Shown here: piece after piece, positions 1-9,046 of the stretch
How positions within the stretch are numbered: position 1 is the stretch's first letter
How the letters are laid out: each line of letters begins with the position of its first letter
From: an uncultured Acidobacteriota bacterium
GTDB taxonomy: Bacteria > Acidobacteriota > UBA6911 > RPQK01 > JAPXNP01
Assembly: GCA_963777605.1 (NCBI GenBank)
Contig: CAVZRV010000007.1
Coordinates: 736,001 to 800,000 of the forward strand
Direction of reading: 5' to 3'
DNA length: 64,000 bases
The notes under the pieces: generated by a model
Databases searched by the model: none
Seen by the model: only the letters and a program-made list of their open reading frames with translations
What the model was told of the DNA's origin: nothing
Made by a program: the position numbers and the translations under genes

Positions 1-471
1 GCCGTGGATGCCGACCCTTCGATAATCGACCCTGAAGCCCGCCGGCCCGGCCAGATTTCGGAACTTCACACCAAATCCCCAGTTGGTCAGAAAAGCGGTC
101 CCAATGTCAGGATAGGTACCGCCAAACCGGTGCAGCACTCCCACCCCAACAGCAAGGTTCGGGACCACGCGGTCGACCGGGAAGTTGAGGACCAGGTTCC
201 CGGTGTAGTAAAGGCCTGTCTCCCCGCCGCTTCCTCTAGGGGACAGGGTGTCCCCCGAAACCAGGACACTGTTTTCGAACCCGACGATGAAGAAGAAGTC
301 CTTTTCATAGCGGGCTCCGAACAAGCCGGATCGCTTGAAGTTCGTTTCGGCTCCTGGATTCTCCAGGTCGGAATAGCTCCCTCTTCCGGCCACGGCCGAA
401 AGATCGGAAGCAGCCAGGCTGGCGGACTGCACAAGCAATATTGTCAGAGCGAGTAACCAGATTCGGTTCAC
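1..471 (-). CDS. Outer-membrane beta-barrel-like secreted protein (partial, runs off the window; not in ORF track)
   Basis: Manual translation from GTG at 471, which overlaps the TGA of the upstream TPR gene: MNRIWLLALTILLVQSASLAASDLSAV...GLYYTGNLVLNFPVDRVVPNLAVGVGVLH...NWGFGVKFR...GFRVDYRRV. Signal peptide plus alternating beta-strand pattern; open to base 1. Confidence 0.7.
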   Translation of the reverse strand, partial: MNRIWLLALTILLVQSASLAASDLSAVAGRGSYSDLENPGAETNFKRSGLFGARYEKDFFFIVGFENSVLVSGDTLSPRGSGGETGLYYTGNLVLNFPVDRVVPNLAVGVGVLHRFGGTYPDIGTAFLTNWGFGVKFRNLAGPAGFRVDYRRVGIHG

Positions 472-1229
472 AAGAAGACTCCATGAATTGCGAGGAAGCG
501 ACGAAATTGATCGTTCGCGGCCAACCGCTGAAAAGCCGGTTCTGCCTTGACACGATCAAAATCTGAGAATCCTCCACCGAAGGCTCTGCTCAAATAGCGG
601 ACGGTGTAGCTGAGGTTTCCGAGTTTGGCGAACACTACCGCAAGGTTGTAGTACTGTTCGGGCGAAAGGTCTGATTCGGAGGAATAAGTCAACTCGACCA
701 TGTTCTTCTGTTCGAAGATGTGCGGATCGAGAGACAGGGCCTTTCGGTAAGCCTCCATGGCTTCCGAAGCTCGCCCCAACTGAACCAGGCTGAACCCGTA
801 GTTGATGTAGAAATTGGGCACACCGGGCATGATATCGATCGCTTTTGCAAAGGCGCCTGCTGCTGCCGACGAGTCACTGAAGGCCAGGTCGATAATTCCC
901 TTGGTGTTGTAACCGTACGCATACTTTCGTTTCAGGGCCAGGGCGCGATCCACCGCAGCGCGCGCCTGGCTCAGCATCCGGAGACGAACATAAGTAATTG
1001 CCAACTTGTTGAAAATGACCTCGTAATAGGGATTAAGTTCGCTGGCTTCGAGATACTTGAGCATGGCCAGGTGATCCTTTCCCTCCTGGAGCAACAGGTC
1101 TCCCTCGCCAAGGAGTCGGAAGCTCTGAATCTCGCGTTCCCGGGGAATAGGATGCTTCTGAATAGACCTAGGCCCGCATGAAATCGTCAAGAGTGAGATC
1201 ATAAGCATGACCGGAGTTCGAAGGTGCAT
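468..1229 (-). CDS. TPR-repeat lipoprotein
   Basis: Lipobox-like LLTISC; TPR motifs (YNTKGII...AFAKAIDIMP, YINYGFSLVQLGRASEAMEAYRKALSLDP, YYNLAVVFAKLG). Confidence 0.8.
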   Translation of the reverse strand: MHLRTPVMLMISLLTISCGPRSIQKHPIPREREIQSFRLLGEGDLLLQEGKDHLAMLKYLEASELNPYYEVIFNKLAITYVRLRMLSQARAAVDRALALKRKYAYGYNTKGIIDLAFSDSSAAAGAFAKAIDIMPGVPNFYINYGFSLVQLGRASEAMEAYRKALSLDPHIFEQKNMVELTYSSESDLSPEQYYNLAVVFAKLGNLSYTVRYLSRAFGGGFSDFDRVKAEPAFQRLAANDQFRRFLAIHGVFL

Positions 1230-1323
1230 GCCAGCTCCAGTTTAACACGGGCACTGCAATGGTTTACTCCGGAAGATTTCCTGTTAGAATGCGATTTTGA
1301 AAACGTTGAAAATGGGGAGGACC

Positions 1324-1905
1324 GTGGAGTCATTAGAAACAGTTGATGCGGTACTCAGCGACATAATCGACGAGTGGTACAACAAGGTATCCAGCTTTTA
1401 CCTGACCGCACAGAAAATCGCTGAAAGCTCGAATTCAGATCAGGAAGAGGAACTCAAGCGGTTCCACGACAAGAACGGGCACAGAATCAAGTTCAGCAAG
1501 GATGAACTGGATTTCACCTATGGCTTGCGCGCGGTCCAGGAGGACGGCAACCTGGCCATAGAGGTGAGCGTCAACAACAAAGTGAAGAACTTCGACATCG
1601 ACGAGTTCCGTCGCCGGTTGGAGGCTCACTACCGAAAGGCCGAGAACGAACTCGCTCCGGCGCCAACCGAACTGACGGGTTACTCCTACGGGGAGATCTT
1701 CGTCATCGGTACCGATTTTTCTGAAGCTTTGACGCTCGAAATCCGAGAGGGAAAGGCCGACATCATGCGTCTGGCCTTCAACCTGAACTCAGAACTCCTT
1801 GGCGATCTGTTGGCCGACCCGGGAGCCTCGCGGCAGTTGGTCGAGAACTTCTGTGTGACCCCGTTTCGGAGCATTTATGCCTCCGTCTATCGCCGGGGTG
1901 GATAG
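1324..1905 (+). CDS. Hypothetical acidic cytoplasmic protein
   Basis: ORF 1297..1905; GTG at 1324 follows a GGGGAGG RBS; protein-like composition, no recognised motif. Confidence 0.6.
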   Translation: MESLETVDAVLSDIIDEWYNKVSSFYLTAQKIAESSNSDQEEELKRFHDKNGHRIKFSKDELDFTYGLRAVQEDGNLAIEVSVNNKVKNFDIDEFRRRLEAHYRKAENELAPAPTELTGYSYGEIFVIGTDFSEALTLEIREGKADIMRLAFNLNSELLGDLLADPGASRQLVENFCVTPFRSIYASVYRRGG

Positions 1906-1938
1906 GCCGAGATTGGACTCCGGAACTCTTGTCGGGAA

Positions 1939-2709
1939 ATGACAACTGACCGGGCGTTAGTCTGCGTTCTTGCTGACCGTCTGGCCCAGGCGACGAAAAC
2001 CCTTGTGTTCACCGGCGCCGGCATTTCTACCGGATCAGGCATCCCCGATTTCCGGGGCCCCAAGGGACTCTGGCAAACTTGGAAGCCCGTCTACTTTCAG
2101 GAATTCCAGTCCTCCGAAGAAGCGCGCATCCGGCACTGGGAGTTCAAGCTCGCCGGCTGGCACGGCTTTCGTGATGCCCGCCCGAACGCAGCCCATTTGG
2201 CGTTGGTCGATCTCGAACGCAGGGGAATGCTTCACGTCGTAGTGACGCAGAATATCGACGGCCTTCACACCTCGGCAGGTCAGTCGGCGTCGATCCTCAT
2301 CGAACTGCACGGCACCAACCTCGCCGTGGAGTGCCTCTCGTGCGGCCGCCGCTCAGATCCGGATCCACACTTTCAGGAATTTGAACGTAGCCACAAAACA
2401 CCGCTTTGCACGAAGTGTGGAGGCTACCTGAAACCAGCCACGGTTTCCTTTGGACAGCAGATGCCGATGGACAAGCTGCAGAGGGCCTTCCGGGAGGCGG
2501 AAGAGTCCGACCTTGTCATTGCCATCGGCTCCACGCTCGAAGTTGAACCCGCGGCCTCGGTGCCCTTGGCGGGGAGGAGTTCCGGCGCCTTCTACGCGAT
2601 CGTAAACCTCGGCAAAACGGCTCACGACCGGTTCGCGGACCTGCGCATAGAAGGCGACGCGACTGAGGTACTCCCCCAGGTCGTCAACGAGCTTTCCACT
2701 CGGGATTGA
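1939..2709 (+). CDS. cobB: NAD-dependent protein deacylase, Sir2/CobB family
   Basis: FTGAGISTGSGIPDFRG, TQNIDGLH, ELHGT, CxxC...CxxC zinc ribbon, KPATVSFG, GSTLEVEPAA. Confidence 0.9.
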   Translation: MTTDRALVCVLADRLAQATKTLVFTGAGISTGSGIPDFRGPKGLWQTWKPVYFQEFQSSEEARIRHWEFKLAGWHGFRDARPNAAHLALVDLERRGMLHVVVTQNIDGLHTSAGQSASILIELHGTNLAVECLSCGRRSDPDPHFQEFERSHKTPLCTKCGGYLKPATVSFGQQMPMDKLQRAFREAEESDLVIAIGSTLEVEPAASVPLAGRSSGAFYAIVNLGKTAHDRFADLRIEGDATEVLPQVVNELSTRD

Positions 2710-2725
2710 CCGGAATTGACCGGCG

Positions 2726-3573
2726 TCAGTGCACAAGCGGGGGTCGAACGCTGGTCACGAACCCGACCACCTTCTGCATGTAGCGCTGACTGTCTACCAT
2801 GTGAATGTCGATGTGTCCGGCTCCCGGGGACGGTCCAGAATTCTTTGGGCCCCGAAACTGATTGTATAGGATCTGGCCCTGCCGGAGAGGCACGGTGCGG
2901 TCCTTGTCGCCGTGCAGGATCAGAACCGGGAATTGATGGTCGTCGAGAAAGCGGGCCGTTTCCAGCCGGTAACGCGCAAAAAGGCTGAATCGGCGGAGTT
3001 GCGGGTACTCTTCCGATCAGCGAAGCCTTGCTGGGAAATGTGGTTTCCAGTATGAGCCCGTTGGGAGGCAGTTGCTTCGACGCAAACGAAGCAATGCAGC
3101 CACCCAGTGACCGCCCCCAATAGACCACCGGAACCCGGAACTTCTTGAAGTTGGTTTCGAAGTACTCGACCGTAGCGACGGCATCCTCATACACTCCCTG
3201 TTCGCTGGGAGCGCCGGTGCTCCAGCCATATCCTCGGTAATCAACCGCCAGGACCTGGAGCCCGTTCCGATAGAACATGGCCAGCAACTCGCTCAGGATT
3301 CCCAGGTTGCCCGTGCTGCCGTGAAAGTAGATGACGCTGCCCACCGGGTGCTCGGGGCAAAGATGCCACGCAGCCAGCCGACACCCGTCCTTCGTATCAA
3401 TAAAGCACTGCTCGTAAGGGAATCCCGCTGTCCGCCGGGGTCTTCAGCACGTCCTTGGACGGACGAAAAACGTATAGCCTTTCCAGCCGGGGGATCGTGA
3501 ACCAGAGAATGACGAACGCAGCGACAACGGCTCCCAGCGGGATCCCCGCCAAGACTCCGATCAGGAACCACAT
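2726..3573 (-). CDS. Membrane-anchored alpha/beta hydrolase (frameshifted in this sequence)
   Basis: Reconstructed across frames: MWFLIGVLAG (TM)...YFHGSTGN...VDYRGYG...WGRSLGG...LILHGDKDRTVP...KEFWTVPGAGH. Indels near 3416, 3013, 2855 and 2826. Confidence 0.75.
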
Positions 3574-3585
3574 GGGAGCAAGATA

Positions 3586-4261
3586 TTAACACACAGCGGG
3601 ATCCCAGAGAGCTGCCAGCTCCCGGCAGCTCAGGCCCTTGAAATCGCTCACAATCCGGTCGGGTGCGAGGGCCTCGAGTTGGGCCCGGTCGTGGGTGGTA
3701 GTCAGGGCGACACACTTGGATCCCGCAGCCAGCGCGGCCTTCACGCCGGAAAGTGAATCTTCGAAGACCACGGCCGCCGAGGCCGGCATTTCGAGCGCTT
3801 CTGCCGCCTTGAGAAAAGCTTCCGGGTGGGGCTTTCCTTGTCTTGACCTGACGGCTCGTAATCACGGCGGAGAAGTACTTCCCCAGGCCGAGTTCCGCCA
3901 TCACCATCTCGGCATTCTCAGGTGGCCCGCTGGTCGCAACGGCCATCCGGATCGACGACGCCCTCAAATCGCCAAGCAGGGTCAGCAGGCCAGGGACCAG
4001 GTGGCTAGCCAAGGTCGGGCGGATCAACTCCCGGTAGATCGACTCCTTGCGATCCTCGAACCGCACCACCTCTTCGGACGACAGCTCTCGCCCCAGCAAC
4101 GAGGGAAACATGTCCTCGTTCTTGCGCCCAAAAACCCGGTACACGTCCGCGCGAGTCAGGTGCCTGCCCTGTTCCTCGCCAAATCTCCGAAAAGCTTCCA
4201 GGTGGAACTCCACGTTGTCGAGCAGCACTCCGTCCATGTCGAAAATCGCACCCTGCATCAT
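3586..4261 (-). CDS. HAD-family phosphatase / beta-phosphoglucomutase-like (frameshifted)
   Basis: AIFDMDGVLLD motif I and ATS motif II; GKPHPEAF and VVFEDS lie in the next frame after one extra base near 3843. Confidence 0.8.
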
Positions 4262-5061
4262 CCGATTGACTCCTCGGCCATTCCATTGAGTTCGATCCAT
4301 CCTGCGATTATCCGAGCAAGACTCGCGACCTCTTCCCTGGTCGTGTCGAGCAGGTGCCCGGCTCCGGGAAGTGCCCAAAATGCCTTCGGCTGGCGGGCTG
4401 CGACGAAAAATTGTTCGGCGTCACCAATAGGAATCACACTGTCGGCCGTACCGTGAACGAGAAGAAGAGCCTTGTCCCACGAGGACGAAGTCTCGAGCAG
4501 ATCGTGGGAGTCCAGGTCCTGCATGAACTCCAGGGTCAGAGGGTAGATTCGATCATTGATCACCACACCCGTTTCCCCGTCCCTTTCCAGTACGTTCATG
4601 TCGGCCGGACGAAGCAGCTGACGAATCCGCCACCCGACCCGGTGTGAAGTCCCCAGTGTGACCACGCTTCGGACATTTTGAAGTTGCGCCGCAGCCTGGA
4701 CAGCGGCTGCCCCACCCATCGAATGACCAATCAACGTGATGGGAGGAACACCCTGCTCTTCCATCCAGGAAGCTGCAGCGACAACGTCGAGCACGTCGGT
4801 CGTAAGAGTTGTCTCACGGAAACTGCCCCCACTCTTGCCCAACCCGGCAAAATCAAACCTGAGGACCGCGAAACCAAACTCGGAAAGGCTCCGGGACATC
4901 CAGGAAAGAACCTTGTAGTCCTTGTTGCAGGTGAAACAGTGACAGATCACCACTCCGCCCAGGACCGGAGGACGTCCGGCCTGATAGAGTCCGCTGAGTC
5001 CAATCTCGTCGTGACCGGGAAAAATCACCCGTCGCGGCCGATCCAGCTTTCGTTCGGTCAT
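4258..5061 (-). CDS. Alpha/beta hydrolase resembling the N-terminal domain of OsmC-fused hydrolases
   Basis: HCFTCNKD, LRFDFAGLGKSGG, IGHSMGG, LVHGTAD, GAGH; start taken at ATG 5061. Confidence 0.8.
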   Translation of the reverse strand: MTERKLDRPRRVIFPGHDEIGLSGLYQAGRPPVLGGVVICHCFTCNKDYKVLSWMSRSLSEFGFAVLRFDFAGLGKSGGSFRETTLTTDVLDVVAAASWMEEQGVPPITLIGHSMGGAAAVQAAAQLQNVRSVVTLGTSHRVGWRIRQLLRPADMNVLERDGETGVVINDRIYPLTLEFMQDLDSHDLLETSSSWDKALLLVHGTADSVIPIGDAEQFFVAARQPKAFWALPGAGHLLDTTREEVASLARIIAGWIELNGMAEESIG

Positions 5062-5123
5062 TCTGTTGTGCCCTCGCTGCGCCGACAACCACCCATCCTC
5101 GTGGATATCGACTTCCGAGTCTA

Positions 5124-5766
5124 TCAGTAACGCGGACAAGGCTCACCGGAGGGAAGCCGGCACCTCTTCCCATCGAGGCCAAGGTCCGGTTCCAGCTGGT
5201 TCAGGAGGCCTTCCACCTCGCAAAGTGGAAGTCCGACGATATTGCTGTAGCATCCGGTGAATGCCGGCTACCAGCCCTCTCCCCAGGCCTTGAATCGCGT
5301 AAGAGCCCGCCTTGTCCAGCGGCTCACCAGTCTGGACATAATCGTAAATGGCCGCATCCTCAAAGTTGGCCATTTCGACTTCCGAGACTACAACGGACGA
5401 GGCTGTGCGAACAGAATCCCCCGCATCGACCAGGAAAAGGCCGGTGATCACCTGGTGCCGTCTGCCCCGAAGCCGGGCCAACATCCGGATGGCATCAGCC
5501 GAATCGAGCGGTTTTCCCAGGACGCTGCCTTCGAAACCGATAACGGTATCCGCAGCAAGAACAATTCCCCGATCGACAGAATCCGCAACTTCGATTCCCT
5601 TGGCACGAGCCAGGACCAGGGCCGTATCCGGGGGAGACTCAGCGACGAAACCACCTTCGTCAACCTGACTCGGCACGATGGAAAACCTGGACAGAAGGCG
5701 ACCCAGTAGCTCTCGTCGCCGGGGCGAAGCCGAAGCCAGGATGATCTCGGAGGTGGAACTGTTCAC
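5124..5766 (-). CDS. maf: Maf nucleoside triphosphate pyrophosphatase (frameshifted near the C-terminus)
   Basis: IILASASPRRRELL, ADTVI, LGKP, EPLDKAGSYAIQG; conserved GCYSNIVGLPL lies in the next frame after one extra base near 5256; stop at 5124-5126. Confidence 0.85.
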
Positions 5767-5905
5767 GGCATTCGAGTGTAACCGAAACCGCCTCCGACGG
5801 TAGAATCAGGGGGTTGCCGTTTCCAAGCACAAGTCCCTGGAGGCACCGGCCCGCCGGAGTCACGGTATCAGGGCATAATGCTAGTGGTTCGCTCTAAACG
5901 AAATC

Positions 5906-8900
5906 ATGTCGCTTCGAATCGTTCGCTCTCCGTCATTTCGTGACCTTCTCACCCGGCTGATTGCTGATGTGCAGGCGGAGTGCAGGCGCGCCCCGTTCGA
6001 CCCGAAGTGGGTACTGACGCCGACATCGGTGGTGGCAACCCAGGTTCGAACAGCGTTCGCGACGGCCTCTGACTCTCCGCAAATGGGGATCCGCGTTGCG
6101 CCCCTTTCCCAGCTTGTCCATCGGCTTTACCGGGAAAAGACCCAAGTCCCCCCGGTTCGTTGGGACCCGTTCCTGGACACCCTGCTCTCCAGTTTTGTCG
6201 CGGCTGCACAAAAGGACGATGCCTTTCCCGGGCTCTTGATCGAGAACGACGGTCACTCGTTGCTGCTTCCGACCTTCCTTGACCTGGCCGAAGCCGGATT
6301 CGGCCCGGAACAGTCCGAATTGCTTCGAGAATTTGCTGGAGAGAGGGACCTGGAAGACCGGGCCAAGGCCACACTGCTGCTCTACCTGAATTGGATCCAG
6401 ACGCTGGATGATCTCGACTATCCCTGGCTTCCCCGGCTTCAGCTGCACATGACCCGGCGGCTCAAGGAAATGCCCCGCCGAGCGGTGCTGCGAGCGTTGG
6501 CAGCCGAACAGGAGCAGGAAGCGACTATATTCCTGTTCGGTTTTTACGACTTCACAGACCTCAACCTCGAAACGGTTGCGGCACTCTCCAGCCAAGTCCC
6601 GGTCAACCTCCTGGTGCCCGGCCTGGAAAAGCAGGGAATCCAGCCCGGTTCTCCCTATCACCTGACCCAGGAACTGGTCGAAGATCTGAGCGTGAGGGTC
6701 ACTTCAGCCACCCACGAATGGCATCTCCCGAGCGATCCCTGCACCCGCTTTTTCCTGGACACATTCCCGGAAGGCGTCCTCGGAGAACAACCCGACTTTC
6801 TTTCCTTCCAAAAGGTTTACGGGATGCATTCCGAGGCTCTGGCAGCCGCAGTGCGGGCACGCCGGTGGCTTGACCAGGTTCCCGACCTGAATTCCGAAGA
6901 GATTCTTATCGTGGTTCCGGACACCAGCACCTATTACTCCCACCTCAGGATCGCGTTCGAACAGTTCCGGCTGCCGCTCGACTTTCCGGACCTGGAACTC
7001 GAGACGTCGCCCGGGCTCACGGCACTGGGCGGATTGACTCAGTTGCTCGCCACGGGTGCCGCAACCGAGTGGCTCTTCGATTACTGTCGCGAATTCCCCG
7101 AAGTTGCGCACAAACTCCTGGCTCACCCCGAAAGTTTCGAACGGAAACTGCGGAAGATCTCATTTCCCGGCGGTCCAGCGGCATGGACCGGACTCTGGGA
7201 TCAAATCCAGTCTGATCGCGCGCATATCGAAGCCGCCCTGGGCACGCTGTCCGATGACGAGATCAGGTTCATCCGGGAAGTGATTGAACTCTGGCTGGAC
7301 GAAGGACGTCCAAACTCCTCCCTGAGCGCAGAAGCGGCCTGCGCCTGGTTGGGCAAAATCTCCCGGTGGCTGCCCGATCCATCATTGCTGGCAGAAGTCA
7401 TCGAATCGGTCAAAGAAATCGCTGAGGGCGCCGGCGACCGACATTTCAACCGCCAGGCCCTGCTCCGGCTTGCCCTGCGTACGACTGCACCTGATTCGGC
7501 ACCCTCTTCCCCCGACCTTCCGTCAATCCGGGCCCTCAGCTACATGAAGGCTCGGGGACTCTCGTGCCGCGGGCTGATTTTCCTGGGACTCAGTTCCGTC
7601 AACTTTCCACGTCTCGTTGAAGAGGACTCGCTTCTGCCCGATGCCATCCGCCGTCAAATCGCCTCGAGGGCGCAGGCGCTCGGCCATCGACTGCCGATTA
7701 AATCGCGAGTGTCCGAGGAGATGACACTCCTCTTTTCGGTCCTGAACACCAGCGCCGAATTCGTCCACTGGGTGATCCCCGAATCAGACGAGAACGGCCG
7801 GGCCGTGGCCCCGTCCCCGTATGTCCTGCGCTACCTTAATCGCTGGGCAGGCCAGGAGTTTGCCCGGCCATTCTCGAGACGGGTGCCCCGGAGCCCGCTC
7901 CAACAGGCAGAGTGGCTGTCCTCGCTCGATCCGTCGAAGGGCTCCTATATTCCTCCTGAGACGCTTGCGTGGTGGCTGCAAGCCACGAGTCCGACCAATT
8001 CAAGATCGATCCCGGAACCGACGGTCAGCCTCCCCGTGGACGAACCGGATCCCGAACGTCAGGGCTGGATTCCGGGAGCCCAGTTGAGGTCCGGGGAGAA
8101 GCCTCTCAGCCTCAGTGTCACTTCGCTGGAAACGCTTGCCAGGTGCCCGTTCCGCTTCTGGGGAGAGCGGATAGCCCGACTCGAGCCGCTTCCACTGGCA
8201 TCCTGGACAGGCACGATTACCCCTCTCGAACGGGGGAGCCTGGTACACGCGTCACTGGCGGCCCTGGTTCAAAGCCACCCCGGAGCGTCGATCCAGTCGA
8301 TAGCCCAAAAGGCAGCCGCCAGGGGCGCCATTGAGTCGAGTCTCCAGTGCCTCCCTCCCGAATACCTTCGGCTCTCGCTTCTCCCTGAATCGATCCGACG
8401 GGCTCTCCTGCGCGACATCGCGGAAATCGTCGCCAGTTACCTGACTGCGCTCGCCGACGGAACTTGCCGTGACGGCATTCCCCGGGCTGCCGAATGCCGC
8501 CTCACGACGGACATCCCATCGCTGCCGGGATGCGCACTCGTTGGCGTGGTTGACCGGATTGACGTGGCTCAAGGCAAAGCCTGGGTCGTCGACTACAAGA
8601 CCTCCAAGTCACCCTTCCGAAAACGAGAGCGGCCTGAAGAGGCTGAAGCGGTTGCGTGCGGCTTTCTCCTCCAACCCTCCCTCTACCCCTGGCTGGTGGA
8701 GAATTCACTGAAGCATCCCGTGGAAGGCTTCTCCTATGTCTACCTGGGGGATCCACCCCCCGTCGAGGTGCACTTCGACGAAATCCCCCCGGCGGATGAA
8801 CTCTTCCGGCAGTTCAAACCGATCCTCGAAAACCGATTGTTCGTGCCGACACCCAATGAGTTCTACGCCGCGATTGAACGGGACAACCTTCAGTCCTGTC

Positions 8901-9046
8901 GCTACTGCGAATTCGTCTCACTCTGCCGTCGCTTCGACCGCGTGTCGATGGGCACTGTGATCAAGTTGATGAGTCAAAGGGCGTCAGCACGCTTCCGCGT
9001 CCTTCGCGGGGCTTCATCGTCGGAGGGACCGAATGTCGATCACTGA
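5906..9046 (+). CDS. addB: AddB/RexB-like helicase-nuclease subunit (PD-(D/E)XK, Fe-S staple)
   Basis: LSVTSLETLARCPFRF, GVVDRID, VVDYKT, CRYCEFVSLC; paired with an addA-like gene. Confidence 0.75.
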   Translation: MSLRIVRSPSFRDLLTRLIADVQAECRRAPFDPKWVLTPTSVVATQVRTAFATASDSPQMGIRVAPLSQLVHRLYREKTQVPPVRWDPFLDTLLSSFVAAAQKDDAFPGLLIENDGHSLLLPTFLDLAEAGFGPEQSELLREFAGERDLEDRAKATLLLYLNWIQTLDDLDYPWLPRLQLHMTRRLKEMPRRAVLRALAAEQEQEATIFLFGFYDFTDLNLETVAALSSQVPVNLLVPGLEKQGIQPGSPYHLTQELVEDLSVRVTSATHEWHLPSDPCTRFFLDTFPEGVLGEQPDFLSFQKVYGMHSEALAAAVRARRWLDQVPDLNSEEILIVVPDTSTYYSHLRIAFEQFRLPLDFPDLELETSPGLTALGGLTQLLATGAATEWLFDYCREFPEVAHKLLAHPESFERKLRKISFPGGPAAWTGLWDQIQSDRAHIEAALGTLSDDEIRFIREVIELWLDEGRPNSSLSAEAACAWLGKISRWLPDPSLLAEVIESVKEIAEGAGDRHFNRQALLRLALRTTAPDSAPSSPDLPSIRALSYMKARGLSCRGLIFLGLSSVNFPRLVEEDSLLPDAIRRQIASRAQALGHRLPIKSRVSEEMTLLFSVLNTSAEFVHWVIPESDENGRAVAPSPYVLRYLNRWAGQEFARPFSRRVPRSPLQQAEWLSSLDPSKGSYIPPETLAWWLQATSPTNSRSIPEPTVSLPVDEPDPERQGWIPGAQLRSGEKPLSLSVTSLETLARCPFRFWGERIARLEPLPLASWTGTITPLERGSLVHASLAALVQSHPGASIQSIAQKAAARGAIESSLQCLPPEYLRLSLLPESIRRALLRDIAEIVASYLTALADGTCRDGIPRAAECRLTTDIPSLPGCALVGVVDRIDVAQGKAWVVDYKTSKSPFRKRERPEEAEAVACGFLLQPSLYPWLVENSLKHPVEGFSYVYLGDPPPVEVHFDEIPPADELFRQFKPILENRLFVPTPNEFYAAIERDNLQSCRYCEFVSLCRRFDRVSMGTVIKLMSQRASARFRVLRGASSSEGPNVDH

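Noticed and set aside
1939-2709. Sir2 gene as an anti-phage NADase (Thoeris/DSR/SIR2-HerA)
   Set aside because: Canonical zinc-ribbon CobB-type deacylase with no defence partner genes nearby
2705-2723. Tandem ATTGACCGG duplication between convergent genes
   Set aside because: Two copies of 9 bp only; no associated element
3293-4378. 361 aa ORF as a HAD fusion protein
   Set aside because: Artefact of the frameshift near 3843; the true C-terminus is ORF 3586..3789
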